NCBI GenBank assembly: GCA_043806035.1
Contig: JAZDHK010000039.1
Coordinates: 1 to 48,886, forward strand
DNA length: 48,886 bases
Source of the DNA: an archaeon
Lineage (GTDB): Archaea; Nanobdellota; Nanobdellia; Woesearchaeales; UBA9642
Reading direction: 5' to 3'
Part shown: in pieces, positions 37,765-47,097 of the stretch
How positions within the stretch are numbered: position 1 is the first letter of the stretch
How the letters are laid out: the number at the start of each line of letters is the position of its first letter
Program-made: the position numbers and the translations under genes
Notes under the pieces: generated by a model
Seen by the model: the letters and a program-made list of their open reading frames with translations, nothing else
Databases searched by the model: none
Told to the model about the DNA's origin: nothing

Positions 37765-39063
37765 TTATCGTGTTCCTTTTCTTCCCCAGTACTCGAGCGC
37801 TATCTTGAGTTCAGGACTGGTTTTTGCCGCCTCGGCAAGATCGATGCCTTGCAAATATGCCTCGACGGCTTCGCGCATTGCCTTTGCTCCTGCAAAGCTT
37901 CCCTGCGGATGTCCGTGGATTCCTCCGCCTATCTGCAGCATGATGTTGCTGCCGAGTTTGTTCATGACCTTGTCCACGAGCAATGGATGCAGTCCTCCCG
38001 AACTGCACGGAAAGAGGGGTTTTGTGCCATACCATTTCTGGGGAAGCATGTGCAGTGTATCTTGGGCAGGAACGTCTTCGAGCGTCGTCTGGTCACGCAA
38101 ATGCAGGGTCTCTTCTTCGCTGCCAACGAGTTTTCCTACATTTGCCGTTCCTATGTGCAAGGTGTCCACGCCGAGCAGCCGGACGCATTTCGCGACGCAG
38201 TTCATGCTGAAACCGTGATTTTTGTTTCTGGTCATGGCACCGTGCATCGCCCGATGCGCGTGCAGGGCGAGCTTGTAATCGCCGCAGATCTCTCTCATGC
38301 TGGCGATGGCAGCCCATCCTGTCGTGATGATATCGATCATGGCGAATTCATTGCCGTAATTTCTCACTATCCGTGCTCGTTTCTCCATCTCCCTAACAGT
38401 GCCCGCAGTTATGTTGATAAGATAGCTTTTTTTCTCGCCCGTCTTTTTCTCTATCTGGTCGCGCAGCTTGATGCAGGATTTCACTCTGTCCTCGAACTTG
38501 TTGAAGTCCTGGCCTGCAAGGTTCTCGTCATCTTTCAAGAGATCAAGACCTCCTTCCCAGACTTCTCTGCCCACTTCAGTATGCTCTGCAGTGGTCATGC
38601 CGACTTTTGGTTTTGCGACGCTGAGCATGATGGGTCGTTTTGGGACTTTCATGAATTGCCGTATGCCCTCTCGCCCAAATTTTGGGCCAGGGAATGCCTT
38701 GACGTGCTTCTCCGTGAATTGTATATCCTCCAGTCTAAGAGAGTCGACTGCCTTCATGCCGAAAACATTGCCTGCGATGCTGGCGAGGATTTGCGGTATG
38801 TTCCCGTACTCGAAATGGTCTTCAGGATAGGCTATCTTTATCCATTCTCCTTTCGCCTCGAAGACCCACGCACGCACTTTCTCGACGGTTGCGTAATGCT
38901 TGTTGAGAATAGGGCTCCACGTGCCGACGCTGGATTCTGCAGCAACCGCTCCCCACGCCCGTTTCTTGGATGACCATCGGGGAACTTTGACCCTGAATGA
39001 GGCTATGACATCATGCTCACCAGGCATTCTTGAGAAATCAACGAACTGCTCGTAATCAGCCAT
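37765..39063 (-). CDS. rbcL: form III RuBisCO large subunit
   Basis: AAESSVGTW, KPKVG, LKDDEN (carbamylated Lys-Asp-Glu), HAHRAMH, loop-6 GKL, SSGG, GGGIHGHP; catalytic residues intact. Confidence 0.95.
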   Translation of the reverse strand: MADYEQFVDFSRMPGEHDVIASFRVKVPRWSSKKRAWGAVAAESSVGTWSPILNKHYATVEKVRAWVFEAKGEWIKIAYPEDHFEYGNIPQILASIAGNVFGMKAVDSLRLEDIQFTEKHVKAFPGPKFGREGIRQFMKVPKRPIMLSVAKPKVGMTTAEHTEVGREVWEGGLDLLKDDENLAGQDFNKFEDRVKSCIKLRDQIEKKTGEKKSYLINITAGTVREMEKRARIVRNYGNEFAMIDIITTGWAAIASMREICGDYKLALHAHRAMHGAMTRNKNHGFSMNCVAKCVRLLGVDTLHIGTANVGKLVGSEEETLHLRDQTTLEDVPAQDTLHMLPQKWYGTKPLFPCSSGGLHPLLVDKVMNKLGSNIMLQIGGGIHGHPQGSFAGAKAMREAVEAYLQGIDLAEAAKTSPELKIALEYWGRKGTR

Positions 39064-39120
39064 GTTACACACCTCTTTCCCTTTTTAGGAAAAAGGTTAT
39101 TTATAAACGTTGTGCGTCAT

Positions 39121-39257
39121 GAGGCTTCATCCTGAGAGTCTCGTGCACCCCCGAGCGAAGCAGTCAATTAACACAGCTATTGCGTGAAAGTTCGTATGCG
39201 TGCACCTGCTTACACTGCTGTGCGGAGCGGAATGCGAAAGAAATTCAGGATGAAGCC
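39121..39257. mobile_element. MITE-like element, copy B
   Basis: TIR GGCTTCATCCTGA (39123-39135) / TCAGGATGAAGCC (39245-39257); 7-bp direct repeat GCGTCAT at 39114-39120 and 39258-39264. Confidence 0.85.
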
Positions 39258-39276
39258 GCGTCATAATCATCTCGCA

Positions 39277-40011
39277 TCAGGATTTTCTTGCGAGAGCCAG
39301 ATGATACGTTGCCAGCCTGTTTATGCCAGGAACCGCATCAAGATACAAGAACTGCAAACGTTCGCTTGTCTGTGGCGAGACAACATAGAACGTCTTTTCC
39401 TTATGAATACGAATAGGGCTGATGACACCGACATAGGCAAAATGCTCAATGGAGAATCCTGCATCGTGCAGCATGCCCGTGAATTCTTTTTTCGTGTACG
39501 GCTGAAAAATATCACGTCCTAACTCCTGCTGGCCAAACAGAGATTTCACTCGTCTGCGCAGGCTATGCGCGTTATCGGCATCAATGATAAGCAAGCCATC
39601 CTTGCGCAGAACACGATGGAATTCCTCCAGCGCCTTTCTCGGAGAGGGATAATGCACCAATGCCTCGAGACACACGATTGTGGACATGCTCTCGTCAGAG
39701 AAACTCAGCTGTTCAGCATCTTCAATGCAGAACGACGCAGCCGGAGCTTGCGTTCTCGCGAGAGCCAGCATCTGTTCGGAAATGTCGCTCGCAATGTATT
39801 CTTGTGACAAAGGAGAGAGCTGTGCGGTTATTCTTCCTTTGCCGCATGACACCTCGAGGCAAGGATCTTGCGCATATCTTTGGAACCAGTCACGAACGAT
39901 CCGTTCTTCTCCACGGTAGATGTGCGCATAATCATCTTCTGTAGGATTCCACCAACGGGCAACAGTGTCCTTGCCTCTGAAATAGTTTTTCACGAATTGC
40001 ACATCCTTCAT
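39277..40011 (-). CDS. class I SAM-dependent methyltransferase
   Basis: LEVSCGKG, SDISEQML, EDAEQLSF, HRVLRKDG; ATGA overlap with the upstream gene. Confidence 0.9.
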   Translation of the reverse strand: MKDVQFVKNYFRGKDTVARWWNPTEDDYAHIYRGEERIVRDWFQRYAQDPCLEVSCGKGRITAQLSPLSQEYIASDISEQMLALARTQAPAASFCIEDAEQLSFSDESMSTIVCLEALVHYPSPRKALEEFHRVLRKDGLLIIDADNAHSLRRRVKSLFGQQELGRDIFQPYTKKEFTGMLHDAGFSIEHFAYVGVISPIRIHKEKTFYVVSPQTSERLQFLYLDAVPGINRLATYHLALARKS

Positions 40012-40874
40012 GTTCCCCACTCGCAGTTATTACAGATGAAAGAGAGGTCTGTGCTGTTGCGTATCTTGTCCCTGATAGTCGTATACTGTTCTCCCCTCCA
40101 GATCTGCTCGATGGATGCCGTGCACAAATCTCCTAAACGATAACGCCTAAACCAGTCCATGCAACACAGCACGACCTCGCCCGTGCTCAGGATGTGCAGC
40201 CAATTGTCCTGCCGGTCATACTTGCAGCCCGTTATCGTGCTCTTGGAAGGGGACGGGTCGATGATGCCGCCCCGGCTCACTTTTGCATAGGAAGAAACCT
40301 CTATGCCCCGTTCTCCCCAGAACTGCCTATCCTCCTCCGGATGGTCTGACCCGACGAGAATGATCCTGTACCTTCCCCTGCCGTTCGTGGCACGTGCTAG
40401 GTCTATAAACTCCAGGACATTGCGCAGCGTCCGGCCGTAGGACAATCCCGTTCTTCCTTCATACTCCTCTTTTTTCCAGGAAGAAAAGTTGATCTTCACC
40501 TCATCGACCCGGACAAGAGATGAGAGTAGCAGTTCTGCCTTCTCCCGCGTCAGCAAACTTGCATTGGTGGCCACATCGATATAGGCATCAGGAAGGACAT
40601 CCCTGATCGCGAAAAGACGCGAGAAGAAGCTTACATCCGCCAAGGGCTCATTATTCATGTATGGCGCGACAAGCAACGGTTGAAAGTCGCGCAGCTGCTC
40701 GAGAATACTGGCAAACAGGGCATCAGGCATGCGCGATTGAGGAAATAATTTTGAGGTTATCTCGTAAGGACAACAGGAACAATGGCCATTGCAGTACGAG
40801 ACAGTCTCTATCTGGACGGCACGAGGATAGTCCTTGTCCCAGGGCAGTGCGAGCACGTCATCGACCGTTCTCAT
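40008..40874 (-). CDS. radical SAM protein with SPASM/twitch domain
   Basis: CNGHCSCC motif, NEPL, ATNAS; C-terminal GC...GEVVLCCMD...LGD...IW...CNNC. Confidence 0.92.
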   Translation of the reverse strand: MRTVDDVLALPWDKDYPRAVQIETVSYCNGHCSCCPYEITSKLFPQSRMPDALFASILEQLRDFQPLLVAPYMNNEPLADVSFFSRLFAIRDVLPDAYIDVATNASLLTREKAELLLSSLVRVDEVKINFSSWKKEEYEGRTGLSYGRTLRNVLEFIDLARATNGRGRYRIILVGSDHPEEDRQFWGERGIEVSSYAKVSRGGIIDPSPSKSTITGCKYDRQDNWLHILSTGEVVLCCMDWFRRYRLGDLCTASIEQIWRGEQYTTIRDKIRNSTDLSFICNNCEWGT

Positions 40875-41458
40875 AGTACACCCCTGTTCGTCAGCTCCTG
40901 CTCGATGGTCGTCACGACATCCGCAAGAGCGAGCTTTGTCGTATCCACTGCAAGAACGCGTTGTCCTTCCAATGACCAGGTGATCTCCCGCTCGAGGCGC
41001 TCGAATTGCTCGGGATTATTAAGAATGAGTTTGTCGAACGCTGAATACGCATTGCGCGCGGTGCTTCTCTGTATTGCTTCCTCGATGCCACAGGAAAGTC
41101 GCACAACAAGCAGCGGCTGGATAAAGTGTCGACGCAAGTCTACTGTATAATGGATAGACTGTTCCTTATTGAGGAATCTTCCGTACGCCACGGTGCTCAT
41201 CCAGAAGCGATCCTGGATGAAAAGTTCGTCACGAGGACGTGCATCGTCCTGGTAACGATCGATAAGATAGGCGAGCGTATACTGTGTCTCTCGCTGCAGG
41301 TCATCTGCAGGAGGAGGCAGAGCCAATGCCTGCTTATGTATCACGCCCGTATTGTGCCTGACTTGTTGGCCGTTCTCTAGCAGGTGCTGATAGAGCAATG
41401 TTGTTGTCGAGCTTTTGCCCGCATAGTCATGACCTTCCAAGGAGATAATCCGCGTCAT
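40871..41458 (-). CDS. thymidylate-kinase/CMPK2-like nucleoside monophosphate kinase
   Basis: IISLEGHDYAGKSS P-loop, DRFWMSTVAY, lid R...R; ATGA overlap. Confidence 0.85.
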   Translation of the reverse strand: MTRIISLEGHDYAGKSSTTTLLYQHLLENGQQVRHNTGVIHKQALALPPPADDLQRETQYTLAYLIDRYQDDARPRDELFIQDRFWMSTVAYGRFLNKEQSIHYTVDLRRHFIQPLLVVRLSCGIEEAIQRSTARNAYSAFDKLILNNPEQFERLEREITWSLEGQRVLAVDTTKLALADVVTTIEQELTNRGVL

Positions 41459-42024
41459 TTTTTCCTCAACAATAGGCAACGATGGTTGAAGGCGTCCATC
41501 CAGTCCTGCTCGAAATAAAACAGGCAAAAGTCCTCCTGGAGTGCAGCCGAGTTATACTTCGTGTGCGGTATTCCTTTTTCAGTTCCTACTTGCGGAATAA
41601 ACGTGTAAGGATTAATCCAGCGAGCATCGTCGGGAACGTAGGTGGTGAAATTGACAAAGAAAAGCCCTTCCGGTTTGCAAATGCGATGCACCTCGTTTGC
41701 CACACAACGCACCAATTGCCGTGCTGCGTGATAGATTGACTGTATGGCGATAATGCCATCGAAATAGTTGTCAGGATAGGGCAATGCTTCATACATGTTG
41801 TGCTGCACGAGCATCGCTCCTATCTTTGCCGATGCGTGTATCGCCACGGCAGAGCTATCGAGCCCGTGTGTTTCAAAACCTCGCGTGAGCATGGGCAACA
41901 AATGCCTACCCGTTCCGCAGCCAAGATCGAGCAGTCGTCCCGTGCCTACTTTTTCCAGAAAAGTTTCGAGGTATTCATGCGGGACAGCCAGCGGCGTTGT
42001 CTCGTTAAACTGGTCCCAGGTCAC
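41455..42024 (-). CDS. class I SAM-dependent methyltransferase
   Basis: LLDLGCGTGRH, GLDSS, LPYPDNYFD, HRICKPEG; GTGA overlap. Confidence 0.9.
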   Translation of the reverse strand: MTWDQFNETTPLAVPHEYLETFLEKVGTGRLLDLGCGTGRHLLPMLTRGFETHGLDSSAVAIHASAKIGAMLVQHNMYEALPYPDNYFDGIIAIQSIYHAARQLVRCVANEVHRICKPEGLFFVNFTTYVPDDARWINPYTFIPQVGTEKGIPHTKYNSAALQEDFCLFYFEQDWMDAFNHRCLLLRKK

Positions 42025-42488
42025 GTTGCACGCTCCGGGTAGGCAAATCTGCCCAGATGAACGGGGCATTGTTTGAACGATTCTTGCAAGTCACTCAGAA
42101 GACGGAGCGCCAATTGCCTGGGATGAAATTCAAGAGAGGAAAGTTTCGCCGCATCGACAAATTTGACGTCTTTGAGTCGGGAGACAGGACCATCTTCCGG
42201 GTCATATCCAACGCGCAATGTTCCTCCCATTCGTTCGCCAATAAGCACGATATCTATGGCTTCCTCATCCGCAGTATAGAGCTCTTTGAAATAGCCCATC
42301 GTAATGATGCGTACGTCAAGGTTCGTTTCCTCTTTGACTTCACGTATGGCTGCATCGTAGATGGATTCTCCCGGTTCGAGACCTCCTCCGGGAAGCACGT
42401 AACTACAACCACGGTCGTTCTGCATCTTCACCACAAGCACTTGCGTTCCCTCGAAAAGCAAGACCGAAACACGAATACGCCTTAACAT
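42021..42488 (-). CDS. NUDIX hydrolase
   Basis: Nudix box GGGLEPGESIYDAAIREVKEETNL. Confidence 0.93.
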   Translation of the reverse strand: MLRRIRVSVLLFEGTQVLVVKMQNDRGCSYVLPGGGLEPGESIYDAAIREVKEETNLDVRIITMGYFKELYTADEEAIDIVLIGERMGGTLRVGYDPEDGPVSRLKDVKFVDAAKLSSLEFHPRQLALRLLSDLQESFKQCPVHLGRFAYPERAT

Positions 42489-43606
42489 GTTCTCACCTCA
42501 AATGCGATGGGCACATAAATTGTGGAGAGATAGGATTCGTGCACGAATTGAGTCTCGTGTAAGGGAACAAAGGAGACTTGTTTTCTTTCAGAAGGATCAA
42601 GAAAACAGTAGGGGTCATGGCTGCTGGAGAAGAGATACCGATCCGTATCGTCGCCGCCGCCACAATGAGCGACATTGCAGCACGCTTTGCATTTTCCACC
42701 AGGAGCATACGCGGGAGAAGGAAGTGCAAGGATGTCTTTCAAACGCATATGAAACACGTTGCCCTTCACGGCATCAGTGAAAATATTCGACACCACTCCC
42801 CCGTCAGATTTTATTCTGAATGAGAGCTTGCCATAGGGAGTTCCGGGCACAACTCCCTTGCCCACGATAAGTGTCCGGAACACGGGATCAGAGACAGTAT
42901 ATTGTCTTGAAGCATTCGTAACGCTCGCAAGGAACAGGAATGCTTCTCGCATCTCTTCAGGCGTGCAAGCAAGATAACTCACATCCATGACCTCATCAAG
43001 CCCAGTTACGTCTGCAGAGAAGCGAGTCAGGTCGTTCTTCGTCGGATGGAATCTGTTGAGCCGCCACATGTCAACGTTCAGCGATTTTGCCAGCACATAG
43101 AGCTGGGGGAGATCACGATAGTTCTGGTGCATGATGCACGTCACCATTTCCGTCTTTACTTCACCTGAGCTGACGAGTTCTTCGAGGGCAGCTACCGCCT
43201 CAGCGAATGCTCCAGCTCTTCTTCTGTTATCGGAGTGTCGGTCGTCAGGATAATCGATGGAGACGCCAATATCGTTGAAAAGACGCAAATGACCACGCAA
43301 AATCTTCATTTTCGATCCATTCGTCACGAGCGCCACTTTGATGCCCGCATCATAAAGCATGTGCACGATATCGATGAAATGCGGATGGAGAGGTGGTTCT
43401 CCCCCGCCAAGATTGACTCGGGTAACGTGTGCTTCGATAAGTTGTGGCAGGAGTTGCTTAAACTGGTCGAATGAGATGGATTTCACTCCGTAATGCGTTT
43501 TTCTCCAGAATATTTTTCTGCCGATGTAGCAGTGCTCACAGGCCATGTTACACGCTTCAGTCAATGAGATGCCTGCAGTGTGTTCATCTGCATCTTCCAT
43601 CGTCAT
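42482..43606 (-). CDS. radical SAM protein (PqqE/MftC-like core) with degenerate SPASM domain
   Basis: CNMACEHC, LGGGEP, VTNG, GVSID; C-terminal CKAC...CGGGD...DPYC, while the first SPASM Cys positions read GTPYG/VVSN. Confidence 0.9.
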   Translation of the reverse strand: MTMEDADEHTAGISLTEACNMACEHCYIGRKIFWRKTHYGVKSISFDQFKQLLPQLIEAHVTRVNLGGGEPPLHPHFIDIVHMLYDAGIKVALVTNGSKMKILRGHLRLFNDIGVSIDYPDDRHSDNRRRAGAFAEAVAALEELVSSGEVKTEMVTCIMHQNYRDLPQLYVLAKSLNVDMWRLNRFHPTKNDLTRFSADVTGLDEVMDVSYLACTPEEMREAFLFLASVTNASRQYTVSDPVFRTLIVGKGVVPGTPYGKLSFRIKSDGGVVSNIFTDAVKGNVFHMRLKDILALPSPAYAPGGKCKACCNVAHCGGGDDTDRYLFSSSHDPYCFLDPSERKQVSFVPLHETQFVHESYLSTIYVPIAFEVRTC

Positions 43607-44496
43607 GTTTTCAGCCTCTTCGTGTCGTCCAGTCTTTTCCAGGAGTATTCATGAACGTGTCGCATGATCAAGAAATAGGCGCGCGCACCGTGATACAATG
43701 TTCGTTCAAGAAGGAAATAGGGGATGTCTTTCGGAGGAATGCCTGCCCAGTCGAGTTTTGTTTTCATGACTTCTCGAAGCGGGAGGAATTCGGGATTGTT
43801 GGCATAGAGCTGATCGAGATCGCTCCATATTCTTGACCATTTGTGCCACCACGAGCGGATGCTCCGCACGGCCTGGTAGTGGACATTTGCGTCCAGTCGT
43901 GCTGCAATTGCTGTCGGACCATACTGTTGTAGTATGTGGTGGCTCAGGAAGGTATCATCGCCAAGGGCACCAGGAAAGGTCGGGGCGAGCGTTGTAAAAA
44001 CTTCTTTGCGTACCGAATAAATCCTGCCATGCAGGAATGGCTTCTGTTTTTTGTTTCCGTGTTTTGCGATTTCGATGCCAGGATGGAGCATGCGGGCATT
44101 GATGACCTTGTACAGGAAAGATTCATGTTCATAGGGTAGGGGCGTTCCCGTTACCGCCTGGATAGATGGCGTGTAGGTCTCAAGTAGCCTGGAGAAGCAG
44201 TCTTTCTCAACAAGTGCATCTGCATCAGTAAAGATGAATGTGTCTGCAGGCGAGGATTGCACAATAGCGTTAATCGCCGCAGGCTTCCCGTGCGCACTTT
44301 CTATGATTTTCAGGAAAGGGATAGTGTCTGCATAGTGTTCTGCGATGCTTCGTCCATTATCGGTTGTGCCGTTGAAACAAAGCAGGATGTCACAGGGAGA
44401 AGAAATGCGCGATGCACTTGCGATAATGGTATCTAACGACTGCCGAAGCGTTGTTTCCTCGTTATGCACGGGAACGCCGATTGTGACATACGTCAT
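43603..44496 (-). CDS. GT2/GT-A glycosyltransferase
   Basis: IGVPVHNEE, GKPAAIN, FTDAD (DxD), GDDTFLS. Confidence 0.9.
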   Translation of the reverse strand: MTYVTIGVPVHNEETTLRQSLDTIIASASRISSPCDILLCFNGTTDNGRSIAEHYADTIPFLKIIESAHGKPAAINAIVQSSPADTFIFTDADALVEKDCFSRLLETYTPSIQAVTGTPLPYEHESFLYKVINARMLHPGIEIAKHGNKKQKPFLHGRIYSVRKEVFTTLAPTFPGALGDDTFLSHHILQQYGPTAIAARLDANVHYQAVRSIRSWWHKWSRIWSDLDQLYANNPEFLPLREVMKTKLDWAGIPPKDIPYFLLERTLYHGARAYFLIMRHVHEYSWKRLDDTKRLKT

Positions 44497-44557
44497 TACT
44501 TCGAGATAATAAATGTCTCTTTATATGCTTTGCTTTTATTGCACCGAAGATTCTCGA

Positions 44558-45082
44558 CTATCCGCGACGGAGCATCGTCAATATTTTCTCGAATTCTTTC
44601 GCCTGCTGGACAGCATCATCTAATGCATTGTGCGGCTGTTTTCTCACATCTTTGACACCGATGTCATGCAGTCTTGCCTTGACGTTTCTCATGACTCCTC
44701 TATAGAAAGAACTCATGTCCTCGCCGCTGTGCCCGAAAGGGTTCCTGCCGAGGAAGTTGTCGAAATACCATGTCGTGAACATGCCGTCGAACTTTATTGG
44801 TGCAGCCGCTTCTACCGGTCTGTATCCTTCTGTTACTCGTTCGACCCATGCTGCATAGTCTGCCATTGCTTGTTCTGGGCTCGTGCCTTCCTCTTCGAGG
44901 ACGTCAAGAACGTATTCGGGATGGAAGAGTTTGCTTTCTGGATTGTAGAAAGAGATCATCTTGCGTTTTTGGAGGCAGTGGAGGCCGAGGCTTCCTATTC
45001 TCATCGCTTTAGGGAGGAAGTTTCTCGAGATAGGCATGAATTCAACATAGAACTGCTCTGCGGTGTTGCCGACGACGCATGC
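44558..45082 (-). pseudogene. DEDDh 3'-5' exoribonuclease (Rv2179c-like), N-terminal ExoI motif missing
   Basis: ACVVG...FYVE, FD..F..WYF, NPFGHS..D, HNALDDA present; upstream in-frame sequence is AT-rich and lacks D-x-E and a plausible start. Confidence 0.65.
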
Positions 45083-45160
45083 ATTGGGGAATGCCCTATT
45101 TTTGTTGTATGAATCTAATTCAAATTCGAAATGTGCATAAAAAAAATATTCGTTGATAGC

Positions 45161-45731
45161 ATGACCTATCCAATAATCCTCGTCCAGTATGCAGACAGGC
45201 ACCTAGATAAACGGACACAGAGGAACATTGCCAAAGCGATTCATAAGAACAAAGATTCTATCGATGCACTTTTTTGTGAGAACATCACGGCGACAGATGT
45301 ACCTATATACGTAAGCGAGATAGCATCTCAACTAACTCATCCAGATTATCTTCTCATGCTCAACACGCCAATTCCCATCTATGGAAGCGAAAATAAACTC
45401 TTGCATAATATGCACACTCAATTGCTCGTACGCTTGCATGAACTCAAAGAGCGCGGAGAAGATCCTCTTATAGGTCCAATTCTTCAAGCACAAGCAGCTC
45501 TCACCCTGAAGCAACGCAACGGCAGCAATGCTCAAGCATATTGAAAAAATATGCTCAGCACAAGGGTACAGAACTGCAGGGTTGGTGCTCGGTTCAGCCC
45601 ATCGTGCAGATATGAAAGAGCGAGCCTCCAGACAAGGCATGCAGTTTCGTTATGTCAACACCGTAAGTCTCTTTCCCAAGAATCATAGCGAGGACATTCT
45701 CAGAACATTGGCTGGACGCAACAGAACCTAA
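45161..45731 (+). pseudogene. frameshifted hypothetical gene (TraB/GumN-like RN..M / VLGSAH motifs)
   Basis: ORFs 45161-45544 and 45528-45731 fuse to ...LKQRNAAMLKHIEK...LVLGSAH if one G at 45521 is removed. Confidence 0.6.
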
Positions 45732-45796
45732 AATAACAACTTTTATAAAACACGCCCGATTTCTGCAACAATTCAATTGGTTATAGGTGGACAGTA

Positions 45797-46297
45797 ATGC
45801 GGACAAACGACGTTCCTACAAACGCACTCATTGAAAGAGTCGCAAAAAAGCTTCAAACAAAGATAAAAGCGCCAGATTGGTCTGTTTTTGTCAAAACAGG
45901 CGTTCACAAGCAAAGACCTCCTCAGCGTGATGACTGGTGGTATGTGCGCGCAGCAGCCATTCTCAGGACTATTTCTCTGAAAGGTCCCATCGGTGTCTCC
46001 AAGATACGGACGAAGTATGGCGGCAGAAAGAACAGAGGCATGAAGCCCGAGAGGCACATGAAGGCTTCAGGACATATCGTCAGGACAATACTCCAACAGT
46101 TTGAGCAGCAAAAATTAACCAAGCAGGGCAATGTCGAATTGCATAAAGGACGCATCATCACGAAAGAAGGACAATCCCTCCTCGACAAATCCGCCGCTGA
46201 ACTTGCAAAAGAGATTGCTGCGGCAAAGCCCAAGGTCGAGAAGAAAGAACATAAGGTAGAACACAAAGAACAACCTAAGGAAGAGCAACCTACGTGA
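45797..46297 (+). CDS. rps19e: 30S ribosomal protein S19e
   Basis: PDWSVFVKTG, DWWYVRAAAILR, GPIGV, YGGRK. Confidence 0.97.
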   Translation: MRTNDVPTNALIERVAKKLQTKIKAPDWSVFVKTGVHKQRPPQRDDWWYVRAAAILRTISLKGPIGVSKIRTKYGGRKNRGMKPERHMKASGHIVRTILQQFEQQKLTKQGNVELHKGRIITKEGQSLLDKSAAELAKEIAAAKPKVEKKEHKVEHKEQPKEEQPT

Positions 46298-46302
46298 TAC
46301 TC

Positions 46303-46476
46303 ATGGCACGATTCATCCATCTCAGCAGAAAGCTTCGCCTTGCAAAACTGGGCAGGCAGACACGCTGGGCTCCATTCTGGACCGTCCCAAAAATCTACGG
46401 CAAGGGGCGGCGAGTGCATCCCGGCAGGCACACCACGTCCAAACGAAGCTGGCGACGGATAAAGACGAAGGCGTAA
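46303..46476 (+). CDS. rpl39e: 50S ribosomal protein L39e
   Basis: KLRLAK..RQ...P.W, HP, R.WRR; located between S19e and L31e. Confidence 0.9.
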   Translation: MARFIHLSRKLRLAKLGRQTRWAPFWTVPKIYGKGRRVHPGRHTTSKRSWRRIKTKA

Positions 46477-46479
46477 ACC

Positions 46480-47049
46480 ATGGCAGACACACTCGAACGA
46501 TCCTATAACATCCCGCTCAGGAAAGGGTTCATGAACACTCCTCGTTATAAGCGCACGAAAAAAGCGGTGGCAACACTCAAGGAATTCCTGCTGCGCCACA
46601 TGAAAGCAAAAGAGTTGAGGATAGGAAAGGCGCTCAACGAGAAGCTGTGGGAGAATGGCATCAAGAATCCCCCCCATCATGTCAAGGTCGCATGCTACAG
46701 AGAAGCAGCTATCTGTTATGCCGATCTTGAAGGCAATGATCCGAAGAAAGTGAAAGTCGAGAAGAAGGAAAAAGAGAAAAAGCAGAAGTCAAAGATAGAA
46801 GAGATGACTGAGAAGATCATGGGCGAGAAGAAAGAAAAAGCGTCCTTCAAGAAGAAGGAAGAGACACCTGAAGCTCCCGCTGAAGCAGCGACGACGGAAG
46901 AAGCCGCAACGCCAGAGGCTGCTCCTACAGAGGAGAAAGCAGAGAAGCCAAAGAAGGCAGCGAAAAAACCTGCAGAGAAAAAGGAAAACAAACCAAAAGT
47001 GGCGAAGAAGCCAAAGGCTGAAAAGTCAGAAAAGAAAAAGAAAGAATAA
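46480..47049 (+). CDS. rpl31e: 50S ribosomal protein L31e with long charged C-terminal tail
   Basis: ERSYNIPLR, KRTKKAV, LNEKLWENGIKNPP; ~100-aa K/E/A-rich extension. Confidence 0.95.
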   Translation: MADTLERSYNIPLRKGFMNTPRYKRTKKAVATLKEFLLRHMKAKELRIGKALNEKLWENGIKNPPHHVKVACYREAAICYADLEGNDPKKVKVEKKEKEKKQKSKIEEMTEKIMGEKKEKASFKKKEETPEAPAEAATTEEAATPEAAPTEEKAEKPKKAAKKPAEKKENKPKVAKKPKAEKSEKKKKE

Positions 47050-47097
47050 CTATTCTTTGTTTCTATCATTCATTGCACGAATGCGGTGTGCAAGCTA

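Noticed and set aside
37765-39063. Evidence of a Calvin cycle or a RuBisCO-like protein (form IV)
   Set aside because: No phosphoribulokinase or small subunit in the window; catalytic motifs are intact, so it is not form IV.
42482-43606. Calling the radical SAM a viperin or mycofactocin MftC
   Set aside because: It has a SPASM-like tail that viperins lack, and no MftA precursor or MftB/PqqD-like gene is nearby.
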